A DNA stretch of 44,574 bases from a bacterium (GTDB lineage Bacteria > Patescibacteriota > Saccharimonadia > Saccharimonadales > UBA4665): assembly GCA_021846765.1 (NCBI GenBank), contig JAJZWH010000001.1, forward strand, positions 1 through 44,574. Direction: 5' to 3'. Within the stretch, counting starts at the first letter, position 1; every line of letters starts with the position of its first letter. The position numbers and the translations under genes were made by a program. The notes beneath the pieces were generated by a model. That model ran no database searches. It was not told where the DNA came from and saw only the letters and a list, made by a program, of their open reading frames with translations. Below are positions 8,916-18,809 of this stretch, piece after piece.

Positions 8916-10419
8916 ATTCTACTGCCCTAGTTTCTCTTATAACATTAACCTTTATAGTTCCCGGATATTGCATAGAAGATTCAATTTTCGTCGCTATATC
9001 TCTAGCTAATTTAATAGCGCTTAAATCATCTATTTGCTGAGGTCGAACAAAAACCCTCACCTCTCGCCCAGCACTTATTGCATAAGACTTCTCTATGCCA
9101 TTAAAACCATTAGCAATATTTTCTAGTTCTTTCATTCTCTCGCCAAAGTTTTCGGCACTAATATTTCTAGCTCCAGGTCGGCTTGCACTAATTGCGTCAA
9201 CTACTCTAATAATCAAGGCTTCGACACTAGTTGCTTCAACATCATCATGATGTTGTTCAGCGGCTAAAGCAACCTCTTCGGGAGCTCCATATTTACGCAA
9301 CATTTCACCTGAGATATGGTGATGCTTACCTTCAATTTTATGAGTTAAGGCTTTACCTAAATCATGAACTAAAGCAGCATATTTAGCTGTTTTAACGTTA
9401 GCACCCACTTCTTCGGCTATCATACCAGCCAAATGGGCCATTTCAGTTGAGTGCTTTAAGACGTTTTGTCCGTAACTAGTACGATACTTAAGCTCTCCTA
9501 ACAAATGTAGGATCTCTTTAGGAATACCAATAATCCCAACTTCTCTAGCAGCATCTTCTCCGGCTCTAATAACGTCTTTTTCAACGTTTTTTTGAGCTTT
9601 TTCAACAACTTCTTCGATTCTTCCTGGATGAATTCGTCCATCTTTCATCAACATCTCCAGAGTTTGTCGAGCAACTTCCCTTCTAACAGGATCAAACGAA
9701 CTTAAAACTACATAACCTGGAGTGTCATCAACCATAATATCGACACCAGTAGCACGCTGTAAGGCCTGAATATTACGACCTTCTTTACCAATAATACGAC
9801 CTTTCATTTCTTCGTCTTCAAGCTTAATAGAAGTTATCGTACGTTCAGCCGTAACCTCACTGCTCATCCGTTCCATAGCAGTAGTAATAATTAGAGCTGC
9901 CTGCTCTTCGGCATTCTCTTTAGCTTCATTCTGTAATTTGGAGACTAATCCAGTTAAATCACCCCGAATATCCCGTTCGGTCATTTCCATGAGTTTTTCA
10001 GCTGCATCGGTTTTAGTAAGTTTAGCTATTTTTTCTAATTTATCTTGCTGCTTAATCCGTATATCTCTAATTTCATCTTTTAATTTTTCCACTTCTAGCT
10101 CGCCGGCCCTTAATCTTTCAGTCCTTTTGTCTAAATCATCAAGTTTCTTATCTAATGATTCTTCTCTAACAACTAATCGATTTTCCAATTCTTTCAATTC
10201 TTTACGACGTGTTTGTTCATCGCGTCTAGCTTCCTCGGCTAACTTAAGAGCATCCTCTTTAGCTTGAGCAACTAATTTATCGGCTTCTTTCTGTGCCTTC
10301 TGTTTTTCTTTTTCTACTTGAGCCTCTAAGTTTCCTTGACGTCTTTTGCTAACAACACTACTAGCACCAAAACCAACACCAAGACCTACCACAGTCAGTA
10401 CTATGGATAATATGACCAT
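8905..10419 (-). CDS. rny: Ribonuclease Y
   Basis: N-terminal TM, coiled coil, KH motif KGRIIGKEGRNI, HD motif HDLGK, C-terminal YPGTIKVNVIRETRA. Confidence 0.97.
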   Translation of the reverse strand: MVILSIVLTVVGLGVGFGASSVVSKRRQGNLEAQVEKEKQKAQKEADKLVAQAKEDALKLAEEARRDEQTRRKELKELENRLVVREESLDKKLDDLDKRTERLRAGELEVEKLKDEIRDIRIKQQDKLEKIAKLTKTDAAEKLMEMTERDIRGDLTGLVSKLQNEAKENAEEQAALIITTAMERMSSEVTAERTITSIKLEDEEMKGRIIGKEGRNIQALQRATGVDIMVDDTPGYVVLSSFDPVRREVARQTLEMLMKDGRIHPGRIEEVVEKAQKNVEKDVIRAGEDAAREVGIIGIPKEILHLLGELKYRTSYGQNVLKHSTEMAHLAGMIAEEVGANVKTAKYAALVHDLGKALTHKIEGKHHHISGEMLRKYGAPEEVALAAEQHHDDVEATSVEALIIRVVDAISASRPGARNISAENFGERMKELENIANGFNGIEKSYAISAGREVRVFVRPQQIDDLSAIKLARDIATKIESSMQYPGTIKVNVIRETRAVEFAK

Positions 10420-10435
10420 ATGTTTCCTTTCTTAT

Positions 10436-10605
10436 TTTGGTGCTTTTATAAAAACTAGCAATATTTTTACTTTTAATTAAACAGTCGCTATCACTTCTCT
10501 AGTTAACTTAAAATAGTAAACTACTAATTTTATAAGTACCAAATTTTAATCACAGTTATAAATCAAATGCTTGACTTGAGAATCGTCTCTCTAAAAGAAC
10601 AAGCT
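10436..10605 (-). ncRNA. Structured 5' leader of rny, or a 6S-like RNA candidate
   Basis: Long imperfect inverted repeat (10436-10458 with 10524-10543; 10466-10483 with 10499-10520) downstream of a promoter at 10612-10641. Confidence 0.4.
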
Positions 10606-10611
10606 AATTAA

Positions 10612-10641
10612 ACTATACCTTGGATTGCTTCAATTGGTCAA
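10612..10641 (-). promoter_or_regulatory. Promoter TTGACC-18-TATAGT upstream of the rny leader
   Basis: Reverse complement ttgacc aattgaagcaatccaagg tatagt. Confidence 0.6.
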
Positions 10642-10650
10642 TCTTAGATC

Positions 10651-11043
10651 TTACTTTCTAGGTTTAGTAATCCTAGCAGGAGAACCATAAAAAGGCGTAA
10701 CAATGTGTTCATCTCTTCCTTTTTTGAGTTGATCAATAATGGTAATTATCCAATCATCACCCCGAGAACCAATAATTGGAATGTTCAGCCCATAAGCCAT
10801 AGCATTGGCTACACTTAAACCAATCCTTAATCCAGTAAAACTGCCCGGTCCCGTAAAAACCCCTAAACCATCCAAATTAGTTAAATTCAAAGAAGCCTTA
10901 CTGAGTAATTGATCAATTTTTAAATTAATGGTTTCGGCTAAATGTCGATCGGCTTGCCAAGATAATTGATTTAATAATTGTTTATCTCTATATAAATAAA
11001 GTTCTGCTATTGGTTGACTAGTTTTTAAGATTAAGATAATCAT
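10651..11043 (-). CDS. tsaB: tRNA threonylcarbamoyladenosine biosynthesis protein TsaB (short form)
   Basis: GPGSFTGLRIG motif; only 130 aa; adjacent to tsaE. Confidence 0.9.
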   Translation of the reverse strand: MIILILKTSQPIAELYLYRDKQLLNQLSWQADRHLAETINLKIDQLLSKASLNLTNLDGLGVFTGPGSFTGLRIGLSVANAMAYGLNIPIIGSRGDDWIITIIDQLKKGRDEHIVTPFYGSPARITKPRK

Positions 11044-11495
11044 TTTAGTGGTTCGCCCTTTAATAAATAAGCAAATTCTGGAGGAGCGTCAATAGATATC
11101 TGTCGACTATCTAAACCGGTAACTTTAATGTTGATTACAACTCTGTCTTTAGGCAAAACATCTTGTACTATCCTCGACCACTCAATTATAACAACAGCCT
11201 TAGGATTAGCTATTTCTTCGGCTAACATATCCTTAATAATCCCCGGATCAGTCAAACGATAAAAGTCAAAATGAGCAATAGACCCGCCATTAAAAGAATA
11301 ATCGTTACGAATGGTAAAACTTGGACTAGAAACAAAATCTTGACTTCCAGCAGCTAAAACCATGCTTTTGACTAACGTAGTTTTGCCGCCACCGACGTCA
11401 CTGATTAATTCAATCGTTTCTCCGCCTCTTAAGTTGCGACCAATAACCGATGCTAATCGTTTCGTAGATTTTAAATCTGATGAATTAAATAACAT
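11040..11495 (-). CDS. tsaE: tRNA threonylcarbamoyladenosine biosynthesis ATPase TsaE
   Basis: DVGGGKTT, VSSPSF, HFDFYRL, IIEW. Confidence 0.93.
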   Translation of the reverse strand: MLFNSSDLKSTKRLASVIGRNLRGGETIELISDVGGGKTTLVKSMVLAAGSQDFVSSPSFTIRNDYSFNGGSIAHFDFYRLTDPGIIKDMLAEEIANPKAVVIIEWSRIVQDVLPKDRVVINIKVTGLDSRQISIDAPPEFAYLLKGEPLK

Positions 11496-11594
11496 TCTAT
11501 AAATAATCTCTCATACTTTTTATTATCTGTTATTTGCTAATAAAAAACTAGATTATCTAGAGGTTTTTCTCTGCTAAGATTATAATGATTATTA

Positions 11595-12110
11595 ATGCTT
11601 CAACTTAGCACTTCACTACTCAATAAGCCAGTATTGTCATTACGAACAGGACAACCTATTGCCCAAGTCTCATCAACCCTAATCAATCCCAATAATTTAA
11701 AAATAGAAGGTTTCTATTGCACCGATCGTTTTAATGCTAAATCAATGATTTTGCTCTATCAAGATATTCGAGAATTTATCGATAAAGGTTACGTTGTCAA
11801 TGACCATGATGCACTTAGCGAACCGCATGATTTAATACGCTTAGCAGATATTATTAAAATTAATTTTAAGCTAATTGGCAAGCCGGTAGTCACTATCTCG
11901 AAAGAAAAAGTTGGCAAAGTGTCAGATTATGCCGTAGAAACCCAAACAATGTATATTCAGAAAATTTACGTTTCCCAATCTCTACTTAAAAATTTTAGCG
12001 GGGGAAGCTTAAGTGTAGATCGCAACAATATTAATGAAATAACCGACAAAAAAGTTATCATTAATGACCTACTTAAAAACAGTCCAATAACAGCCCCAGC
12101 TACAGCTTAG
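11595..12110 (+). CDS. Tandem PRC-barrel-like protein
   Basis: Two repeats: LLNKPVLSLRTGQPIAQV and LIGKPVVTISKEKVGKVSD. Confidence 0.7.
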   Translation: MLQLSTSLLNKPVLSLRTGQPIAQVSSTLINPNNLKIEGFYCTDRFNAKSMILLYQDIREFIDKGYVVNDHDALSEPHDLIRLADIIKINFKLIGKPVVTISKEKVGKVSDYAVETQTMYIQKIYVSQSLLKNFSGGSLSVDRNNINEITDKKVIINDLLKNSPITAPATA

Positions 12111-12718
12111 TCTTGCTTAGGACGTCCTATCCTAGCAGCTATATCTTGATAACTAAAACCTTGTCTTAATAAATAACGAAATAATTTTGGTTGATTATTG
12201 ATGTAACTATAAGATTTAGCTTTTTTATGAATTAATAAATCTAGAGAGTCATGATCAGTTTGTTTTAATTTGGTTAATACTTGGTCAATAATATTTTCTG
12301 GTATTTTTTTTTGCCGAAGCTTTAGTTGGATGGCACTGCGAGACAAAGGTCGGCTAAGTTGAACATCATGAATATATGCTTCAGCTAATTTTTGTTCGTC
12401 TATTATCGACAACTCAATTAGTCGATCTACTATTTTAATCGACATTTGACCATCTGAACCATTGGCTCTCAGAAAATCGATTACCTCTTGTTTAGAACGT
12501 AATCGACGATCTGCATAGCTTATAGCCTTATTATATAAAGAGGTGAATTTAATTTGTTTAATAAGCACTTGATAGTCTTCTTCGCTAATAGTTTTATTGA
12601 TTGCCAGTCCTAGACTAGTAACTACAGTTGAATCTACGTAACCCAAAGCTTTATTATCAACCGACACTCTATAAAAACCTGGCTTATGAACCAAGCTCTG
12701 AATATCTGTTATTTTCAT
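12107..12718 (-). CDS. recX: Recombination regulator RecX
   Basis: RRLRSKQEV, IIDEQKLAEAY, RYLLRQGFSY; directly downstream of recA. Confidence 0.85.
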   Translation of the reverse strand: MKITDIQSLVHKPGFYRVSVDNKALGYVDSTVVTSLGLAINKTISEEDYQVLIKQIKFTSLYNKAISYADRRLRSKQEVIDFLRANGSDGQMSIKIVDRLIELSIIDEQKLAEAYIHDVQLSRPLSRSAIQLKLRQKKIPENIIDQVLTKLKQTDHDSLDLLIHKKAKSYSYINNQPKLFRYLLRQGFSYQDIAARIGRPKQD

Positions 12719-12740
12719 TACGCCGCCCTTGAATATCTGA

Positions 12741-13769
12741 TTAAACTAAATCTTGTTCAATAATAGCTTGAGCTATTTTGTCTTGTATTTGAGGATTAGC
12801 TTTAAGATAGGTTTTAGCCGCTTCTCGACCTTGAGCAATTTTTTCTCCATTGTAGGAGTACCAGGCTCCAGCTTTCTCAACTATACCTTTAGTTGCAGCT
12901 AAGTCGATTATATCTCCAGTTTTACTTATACCTTCGTTGTACATAATATCGAATTCTGATTCTTTAAAAGGTGGTGCTATTTTATTCTTGACTACCTTAA
13001 CTCGAGTACGATTACCAATTACTTCATCACCCTGTTTTATTTGTCCGATACGTCTAATATCCATTCTAACGCTTGAGTAAAACTTCAGGGCATTACCTCC
13101 CGTAGTAGTCTCCGGATTACCAAACATTACACCGATTTTCATTCTAATCTGATTAATAAAAATAACCGTTGCTTTAGACCTAGATATTACACCAGTCAGC
13201 TTACGTAGAGCTTGGCTCATTAATCGAGCCTGTAACCCCGGTAAACTTTCACCCATATCTCCCTCAATTTCGGCTCGAGGAACTAGTGCAGCAACCGAAT
13301 CAATAACAATAATATCTACGGCGTTAGAGCGGACAAGTGTTTCGGTAATTTCAAGTGCTTGTTCTCCATTATCTGGTTGACTTAACAACAAGTTTTCAAT
13401 ATCTACACCAATCCGTTTAGCATAACTAGGATCGAGAGCGTGCTCAGCATCAATAAATGCTGCTGTTCCTCCACGTTTTTGTACTTCTGCAATAGCATGT
13501 AGAGTCAAAGTCGTCTTACCTGAAGACTCTGGTCCATAGATTTCTACTACTCTACCTCTTGGAATTCCCCCACCTAAAGCTAAATCAAGCGATAAACAAC
13601 CCGTGGGGGTAAATTCTACATTTCCCGATACATGACTTTCGCCCATCTTCATAATAGCCCCTTTGCCAAATTGCTTCTCTATTTGGTCTAATGCCACCCC
13701 TAGCGCCTTAGCTTTACCTTCTGGTGGTACCTCTACTTGAGTTTTAGGTGCTGTTTTAGTTTTAGCCAT
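12741..13769 (-). CDS. recA: Recombinase A
   Basis: [46 protein letters not shown]. Confidence 0.99.
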   Translation of the reverse strand: MAKTKTAPKTQVEVPPEGKAKALGVALDQIEKQFGKGAIMKMGESHVSGNVEFTPTGCLSLDLALGGGIPRGRVVEIYGPESSGKTTLTLHAIAEVQKRGGTAAFIDAEHALDPSYAKRIGVDIENLLLSQPDNGEQALEITETLVRSNAVDIIVIDSVAALVPRAEIEGDMGESLPGLQARLMSQALRKLTGVISRSKATVIFINQIRMKIGVMFGNPETTTGGNALKFYSSVRMDIRRIGQIKQGDEVIGNRTRVKVVKNKIAPPFKESEFDIMYNEGISKTGDIIDLAATKGIVEKAGAWYSYNGEKIAQGREAAKTYLKANPQIQDKIAQAIIEQDLV

Positions 13770-13990
13770 AATATTTTATTTCCTTTCCCTAGTTGTGCTC
13801 TAAAATCAATCTTTATATTACTATATGTCTACTAAGCAATAAGTAAAAATGCTATAGCTTAATATTTAAATAAATATTAATAAAACAGTATTCTTCTTGA
13901 TATCTTGTAGCCAACATTAATGCATTTTTATCTAGCAATTTGCTATAATTAGCATTAACAATATAAAAGCGGGCTAAGTTAAAGACTAAA

Positions 13991-15811
13991 ATGCGTATTT
14001 CAGACAAAATGGTGGATGACATATTAAAACAAAGTGGTAAGGTAACTGCTGAGCAATTATCTAATCTACATGACCAAGAAAAAAATGAAAAACGGCCTTT
14101 ACAAGATTTAGTCATCTCCAGCAATATTTTTAGTGAGAAAGATCTTACTAAATTATACGCAGAAAATGTTGAAGTACCGTTTATAGAGCTAAATCCTAAA
14201 GACATAAAGCGCGAACTGCTCCAACGGCTACCAGAAAGAATTGCTCGACAATACAACGCCATCCTATTCGACATTGATGAAGATGGCAACAAATATATCG
14301 CCATGTCCGACCCCGATGATATTCAAGCAGTAAATTTCCTGCAAAAACAGCTAGGCACAAATCTAAAAGTCTATATTGCCCCAGAAAGTCAAATTAGATC
14401 TGCACTAGATAACTATCGTTCAAATATAGCCGGTGAACTAACAAAGGTCATAAGTAATGATGAAATTGCCTATCAAGAAGAAGAAGATAACGAATCAATC
14501 AATGAAAATGATCTGGCTGAAGATTCACCGATAGCTCAAACGGTAAATCTAATTATAGAGTATGGCATTAAAGCTGAAGCTAGTGATATTCATATCGAAC
14601 CTAGAGAAAATTATGTTTTGGTTCGTTATAGAATTGACGGTATGTTAAGAGAAGCCAACAAATTACCTAAAAAAGCTCAAGCAGCCTTAGTTAGTCGTAT
14701 TAAAATTCTTTCTAATTTAAAAATCGATGAGCATAGAGCACCGCAGGACGGGCGGTTCAAAATAGAAATAGGTAATCAGCTTTATGCTCTAAGAGTTTCA
14801 ACCTTGCCTATTGTTGATGGCGAGAAAGTAGTAATGCGTATCTTAAATGAATCGGTTAAAGCCTCAACCCTAGAAGGATTAGGTTTTTGGGGAGAAGCGC
14901 TTAAAATACTTAATCAAGCAATTATCCAACCCTATGGAATGATTTTAGTAACCGGACCTACAGGATCGGGTAAATCAACTACTTTGTTTAGTGTACTGTC
15001 GATGTTAAATACACCCAATGTCAATATATCTACCGTTGAAGATCCAGTTGAATATCGAATCATTGGGGTCAACCAAACTCAAGTAAATCCAATTGCCGGA
15101 ATGACCTTCGCTAATGGGTTAAGATCCTTATTAAGACAAGATCCAAACATCATTATGGTTGGCGAAATAAGAGATACAGAAACTGCCGATTTGGCCGTTC
15201 AAGCTGCTTTAACCGGGCATTTAGTGTTTAGCACTCTTCACACTAGCGATGCTGCTACTTGCCTACCTCGATTACTAGAAATGGGCGTAGAGCCGTTCTT
15301 AATAGCTAGTACTGTCCGAGCAGTCATCGGACAAAGACTAGTTCGTCGTTTGTGTCCCTATTGTCGAGAACCATATATCCCAGATAATGGAATAGTCGGA
15401 CGTATTAAATCTACGTTTGAACTCAAAGACATTAATGACTTTAAAAAAATTCATGAATTAGAATTAGCCGCTCTTAAAGACGGTATTGGCATCGAAAATT
15501 CAACTAATGAAAAATTGTCCGTACATGAACTAAGCAGCAATGATAAGAACATTATAAGATTATGGAAAGCTCATGAAGATGGTTGCGAGAACTGTAATCA
15601 TAATGGTTATAAAGGACGTATAGGTATATATGAAGTAATGGATAGTAGCCCATCAATTCAGAAAAGCATCGTCAGCAATACTACCAGTGAAGAGCTGGAA
15701 AACTTAGCCGAAAAGAATGGGATGGTATCAATGAAAATCGATGGCTTTATAAAAGCTCTTCGCGGCCAAACTACTCTAGAAGAAGTTATGCGGGTTACAA
15801 GTGATAGATAA
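13991..15811 (+). CDS. pilB: Type IV pilus assembly ATPase PilB (GspE/PulE family)
   Basis: ASDIHIEP, GPTGSGKST, TVEDPVEY, LRQDPNIIMVGEIRD, CPYC...CENC, GYKGRIGIYE. Confidence 0.93.
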   Translation: MRISDKMVDDILKQSGKVTAEQLSNLHDQEKNEKRPLQDLVISSNIFSEKDLTKLYAENVEVPFIELNPKDIKRELLQRLPERIARQYNAILFDIDEDGNKYIAMSDPDDIQAVNFLQKQLGTNLKVYIAPESQIRSALDNYRSNIAGELTKVISNDEIAYQEEEDNESINENDLAEDSPIAQTVNLIIEYGIKAEASDIHIEPRENYVLVRYRIDGMLREANKLPKKAQAALVSRIKILSNLKIDEHRAPQDGRFKIEIGNQLYALRVSTLPIVDGEKVVMRILNESVKASTLEGLGFWGEALKILNQAIIQPYGMILVTGPTGSGKSTTLFSVLSMLNTPNVNISTVEDPVEYRIIGVNQTQVNPIAGMTFANGLRSLLRQDPNIIMVGEIRDTETADLAVQAALTGHLVFSTLHTSDAATCLPRLLEMGVEPFLIASTVRAVIGQRLVRRLCPYCREPYIPDNGIVGRIKSTFELKDINDFKKIHELELAALKDGIGIENSTNEKLSVHELSSNDKNIIRLWKAHEDGCENCNHNGYKGRIGIYEVMDSSPSIQKSIVSNTTSEELENLAEKNGMVSMKIDGFIKALRGQTTLEEVMRVTSDR

Positions 15812-15825
15812 AGAATAATAAAAAT

Positions 15826-17061
15826 ATGCCAAATTTTGATTACACAGCTCACCAAAAAAACGGAGAAATACAAAAAGGTACGATTGAAGCTACTGATCGA
15901 GCAGCTGCACTATCTACCCTAAGATCAAAAAACTTACAGCCTATCATAATTAAAGAAGCTCAGAGTAGTCGTGGTTTAAATATGGAAATTAATCTTCCTG
16001 GGCTTAACAAAGTCAAAAGTAAGGATTTAGTTATTTTTACCCGCCAGTTATCTACATTAGTCGATGCCGGAGTGCCACTGCTTAGATCATTGACCTTACT
16101 TAAAGATCAAACTGAGTCGCTACCTCTCAAGCATGGACTAACTGAAATAGTTAGCGATATTCAAGCCGGATCTAACTTAAGCGATGCTTTGAGTAAACAT
16201 CCAGATATATTCTCCCCTATTTATGTCAACATGGTGCGCGCCGGAGAGGCAGGAGGTATATTAGATACTGTTCTTGACCGATTAGCCTATCAACAAGAAA
16301 AAGATTCCGCACTGAAAAGCAAAATACGTGGAGCAATGATGTATCCAACAGTTATCTTTGCAGTAACTATAGTAGCCTTTATCATACTGATGACTTTTAT
16401 AGTACCTAAAATTGGTGCAATTCTTACCTCTTTGAGTAACGGTAAAGCCTCTTTGCCGATTTACACAAAAATTCTACTGGACATCAGTAATGGCATGAAA
16501 AATCCAAAGATCATTATCCCGATAATAATCATTCTACCTTTAGCTATAATCATTTTTCGTCGCTACAAAAAAACGCCCAAAGGACGCTACAAATGGCACT
16601 CATTCTTACTCAAAGTACCAGTCGTTAAAGTATTGATTACCAAAACTGCAGTTGCTCGATTTGCCCGCATATTCGCTTCTTTAATGAGTGCTGGAGTTTC
16701 TATAGTTGAAGCCATTAACACTACCGCTGGAGCCATCGGTAATGCGGTCATAGAAAAAGAATTATTAGATAGTGCTAAGGCTGTAGAGGCTGGCGGGCAA
16801 CTGTCTAGCGAATTGGCCAAAAGTGAACATTTCCCACCAATTGTCGTTCAAATGTTAGCCGTTGGAGAAGAAACCGGCACAACCGATACAATAATTTTAA
16901 AAGTTGCTGATTTTTACGAGCAAGAAGTGGACACGGCTGTTGAGGCCCTATCTTCAGTCATTGAACCAATTACAATCATACTGCTTGGTGCGATGGTTGG
17001 AATTATCGTTATTAGTGTCTATGGACCAATAACTAAGGTTTCGACAAGTGTTTCCGGGTAA
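15826..17061 (+). CDS. pilC: Type IV pilus platform protein PilC (GspF family)
   Basis: FTRQLSTLVDAGVPL, RAGEAGG, GAMMYP, AVGEETG, IEP. Confidence 0.93.
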   Translation: MPNFDYTAHQKNGEIQKGTIEATDRAAALSTLRSKNLQPIIIKEAQSSRGLNMEINLPGLNKVKSKDLVIFTRQLSTLVDAGVPLLRSLTLLKDQTESLPLKHGLTEIVSDIQAGSNLSDALSKHPDIFSPIYVNMVRAGEAGGILDTVLDRLAYQQEKDSALKSKIRGAMMYPTVIFAVTIVAFIILMTFIVPKIGAILTSLSNGKASLPIYTKILLDISNGMKNPKIIIPIIIILPLAIIIFRRYKKTPKGRYKWHSFLLKVPVVKVLITKTAVARFARIFASLMSAGVSIVEAINTTAGAIGNAVIEKELLDSAKAVEAGGQLSSELAKSEHFPPIVVQMLAVGEETGTTDTIILKVADFYEQEVDTAVEALSSVIEPITIILLGAMVGIIVISVYGPITKVSTSVSG

Positions 17062-17074
17062 AAAAATAAAATTA

Positions 17075-17103
17075 TTGACATTACCTTAAGCATAAGAAAT
17101 AAT
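17075..17103 (+). promoter_or_regulatory. Promoter TTGACA-17-AATAAT for the major pilin
   Basis: Perfect -35 ttgaca 17075-17080; aataat 17098-17103. Confidence 0.55.
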
Positions 17104-17192
17104 GTCTATTATCAGATACTAATAAATAATCTGGATATTAAACAAAAAATATAAGAAAATAGGATTATAAAGAAAGGTGGGTAATAGTTACC

Positions 17193-17630
17193 ATGCATAA
17201 AAAATTAAATTCGAAAGGTTTTACCCTAATCGAATTGCTAATAGTAATTATAATAATCGGAATATTGGCAGCGATATCATTTGTGGCTTATAGTGGAGCA
17301 ACCAATAAAGCACATGAAGCAGCAGCACAATCTACACTTCACGAAGCTCAAAGTAAAATGGCTGAATACTATGCAGACAATAGTAGCTATCCGGCCACTA
17401 TTACAGATTTCGATAACTGGATAGCCAGCTCTCAGGGAGGCAATAATACCTCACTAAGCCAAACTTTCGTTGGTCCTAACTATACATATACGGTTACCCC
17501 CACGGGTTGTGGTGATACCGTAGCCAGCGGTGGAGCAATTACTACAGGATCAACTGCATGCACAGGCTATAGCTTAACTGCTTCTGGCAGCATGTGGGGC
17601 AGTTCTACGGGTCTAACAGTCACCAACTAG
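17193..17630 (+). CDS. Type IV pilin, probable major pilin
   Basis: KG|FTLIELLIVIIIIGILAAI class III signal; C-terminal Cys pair; own promoter, SD and terminator. Confidence 0.9.
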   Translation: MHKKLNSKGFTLIELLIVIIIIGILAAISFVAYSGATNKAHEAAAQSTLHEAQSKMAEYYADNSSYPATITDFDNWIASSQGGNNTSLSQTFVGPNYTYTVTPTGCGDTVASGGAITTGSTACTGYSLTASGSMWGSSTGLTVTN

Positions 17631-17664
17631 AACCACACGATAAACATTAAAGTACTAGTAAAAA

Positions 17665-17702
17665 TATAAAACCGTTTGGGCATCAGCTTAAGCGGTTTTA
17701 TA
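17665..17702 (+). terminator. Intrinsic terminator or stabilising hairpin after the major pilin
   Basis: tataaaaccgtttgggc-atca-gcttaagcggttttata. Confidence 0.7.
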
Positions 17703-17719
17703 ATGAATACTAATCGGCA

Positions 17720-18136
17720 ATGAAACAGAAAAGTAGACCACAATTTAATAACAAAGGTTTTACCTTAATCGAATTGTTAGTAACAGTTATGGTCTTAGGT
17801 ATTGTTATTGTGAGTTTGGCAGGAATGTACTATAGCACTCAAATAGCTGAAGTTAAAAGTCAGCATTACGATCTAGCAGTGAGGGCCGCACGAACCGAAA
17901 TAGAAGATCTGCGCAATACAGGATATGATTCATTAACACCTGGTAGCACTATTAACTTTAGCTCTAGCTTACCCCCAAGCCTACCTTCAGGCGCTAATGG
18001 TAGTGTTGCTGTGAGTGAACCAATGTCTGGCTTAAGAAGAGTCGATGTGACAGTTACTTACAGTGAATTTGGAAGTACTCAAACCATTACCTTAAGTTCG
18101 GATATCGGGATAATTGGTATAGGACAAGCCCAATAA
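17720..18136 (+). CDS. Minor pilin (PilV-like)
   Basis: KG|FTLIELLVTVMVLG; LRRVDVTVTY. Confidence 0.85.
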   Translation: MKQKSRPQFNNKGFTLIELLVTVMVLGIVIVSLAGMYYSTQIAEVKSQHYDLAVRAARTEIEDLRNTGYDSLTPGSTINFSSSLPPSLPSGANGSVAVSEPMSGLRRVDVTVTYSEFGSTQTITLSSDIGIIGIGQAQ

Positions 18137-18137
18137 A

Positions 18138-18809
18138 ATGAAAAATATCCTCAATCATAGACAGGACGGCTTTACTTTAGTCGAACTGCTATTAGTAATG
18201 ATTATTATGGGTATCGTTGGCTTAGCTTTAACTAATTTCATTTCTACCTGGCTACAAACTGCCGGGATTAGTCAAGCCAGAGCCAATTTACTAAATAGTG
18301 CCGAAATTGCTTTGGATGACGCTAACAACGACATTATGCTATCTGGTAATGTCGACCAAACAAACCGTTGGCCAGATCCTAATGGCCCAGGAGGATCACC
18401 CTATGGTTGGCAATCGAATAGCCAAACTTTAATCTTGGCTAAAGTAGCTACCGATAGTAGCGGTAATCCAATTTTTCTAGACAGTTCAGATTACATAACT
18501 CAAAAAGATGATGTTATCTATTTTCTAAACGGGACTAATCTTTACCGTCGAGTTTTGGCTTCTAATAGCACGAATGACTCAGCCGTTACTACCTGTCCAG
18601 CTTCAGACGCTACTTCTACTTGTCCTCCAGATACTCTTATAGCATCGGGAGTAACCAATTGGTTGGTGTCTTATTATAATGCCCAAAACCAAGTAGTTAC
18701 GCCCAGTAGCGCGCGTTCAATTCAACTATCAATAACTTTAAGCGAACCTTATGGTAGTCAAATTATCAGTGCTAGTTATACTACAAGGATGGTATTTAGA
18801 AATGTTTAA
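18138..18809 (+). CDS. Minor pilin (PilW-like)
   Basis: DG|FTLVELLLVMIIMG; C-terminal ...VFRN. Confidence 0.85.
   Translation: MKNILNHRQDGFTLVELLLVMIIMGIVGLALTNFISTWLQTAGISQARANLLNSAEIALDDANNDIMLSGNVDQTNRWPDPNGPGGSPYGWQSNSQTLILAKVATDSSGNPIFLDSSDYITQKDDVIYFLNGTNLYRRVLASNSTNDSAVTTCPASDATSTCPPDTLIASGVTNWLVSYYNAQNQVVTPSSARSIQLSITLSEPYGSQIISASYTTRMVFRNV

Noticed and set aside
13852..14304. 150-aa minus-strand ORF and other short antisense ORFs (910, 4132, 9938, 16587, 21162, 25527, 28801, 44020)
   Set aside because: Antisense to well-supported conserved genes.
18751..18801. Upstream extension of the PilX-like ORF
   Set aside because: It overlaps the previous gene by 59 nt; ATG 18802 gives a typical short overlap and a normal prepilin leader.
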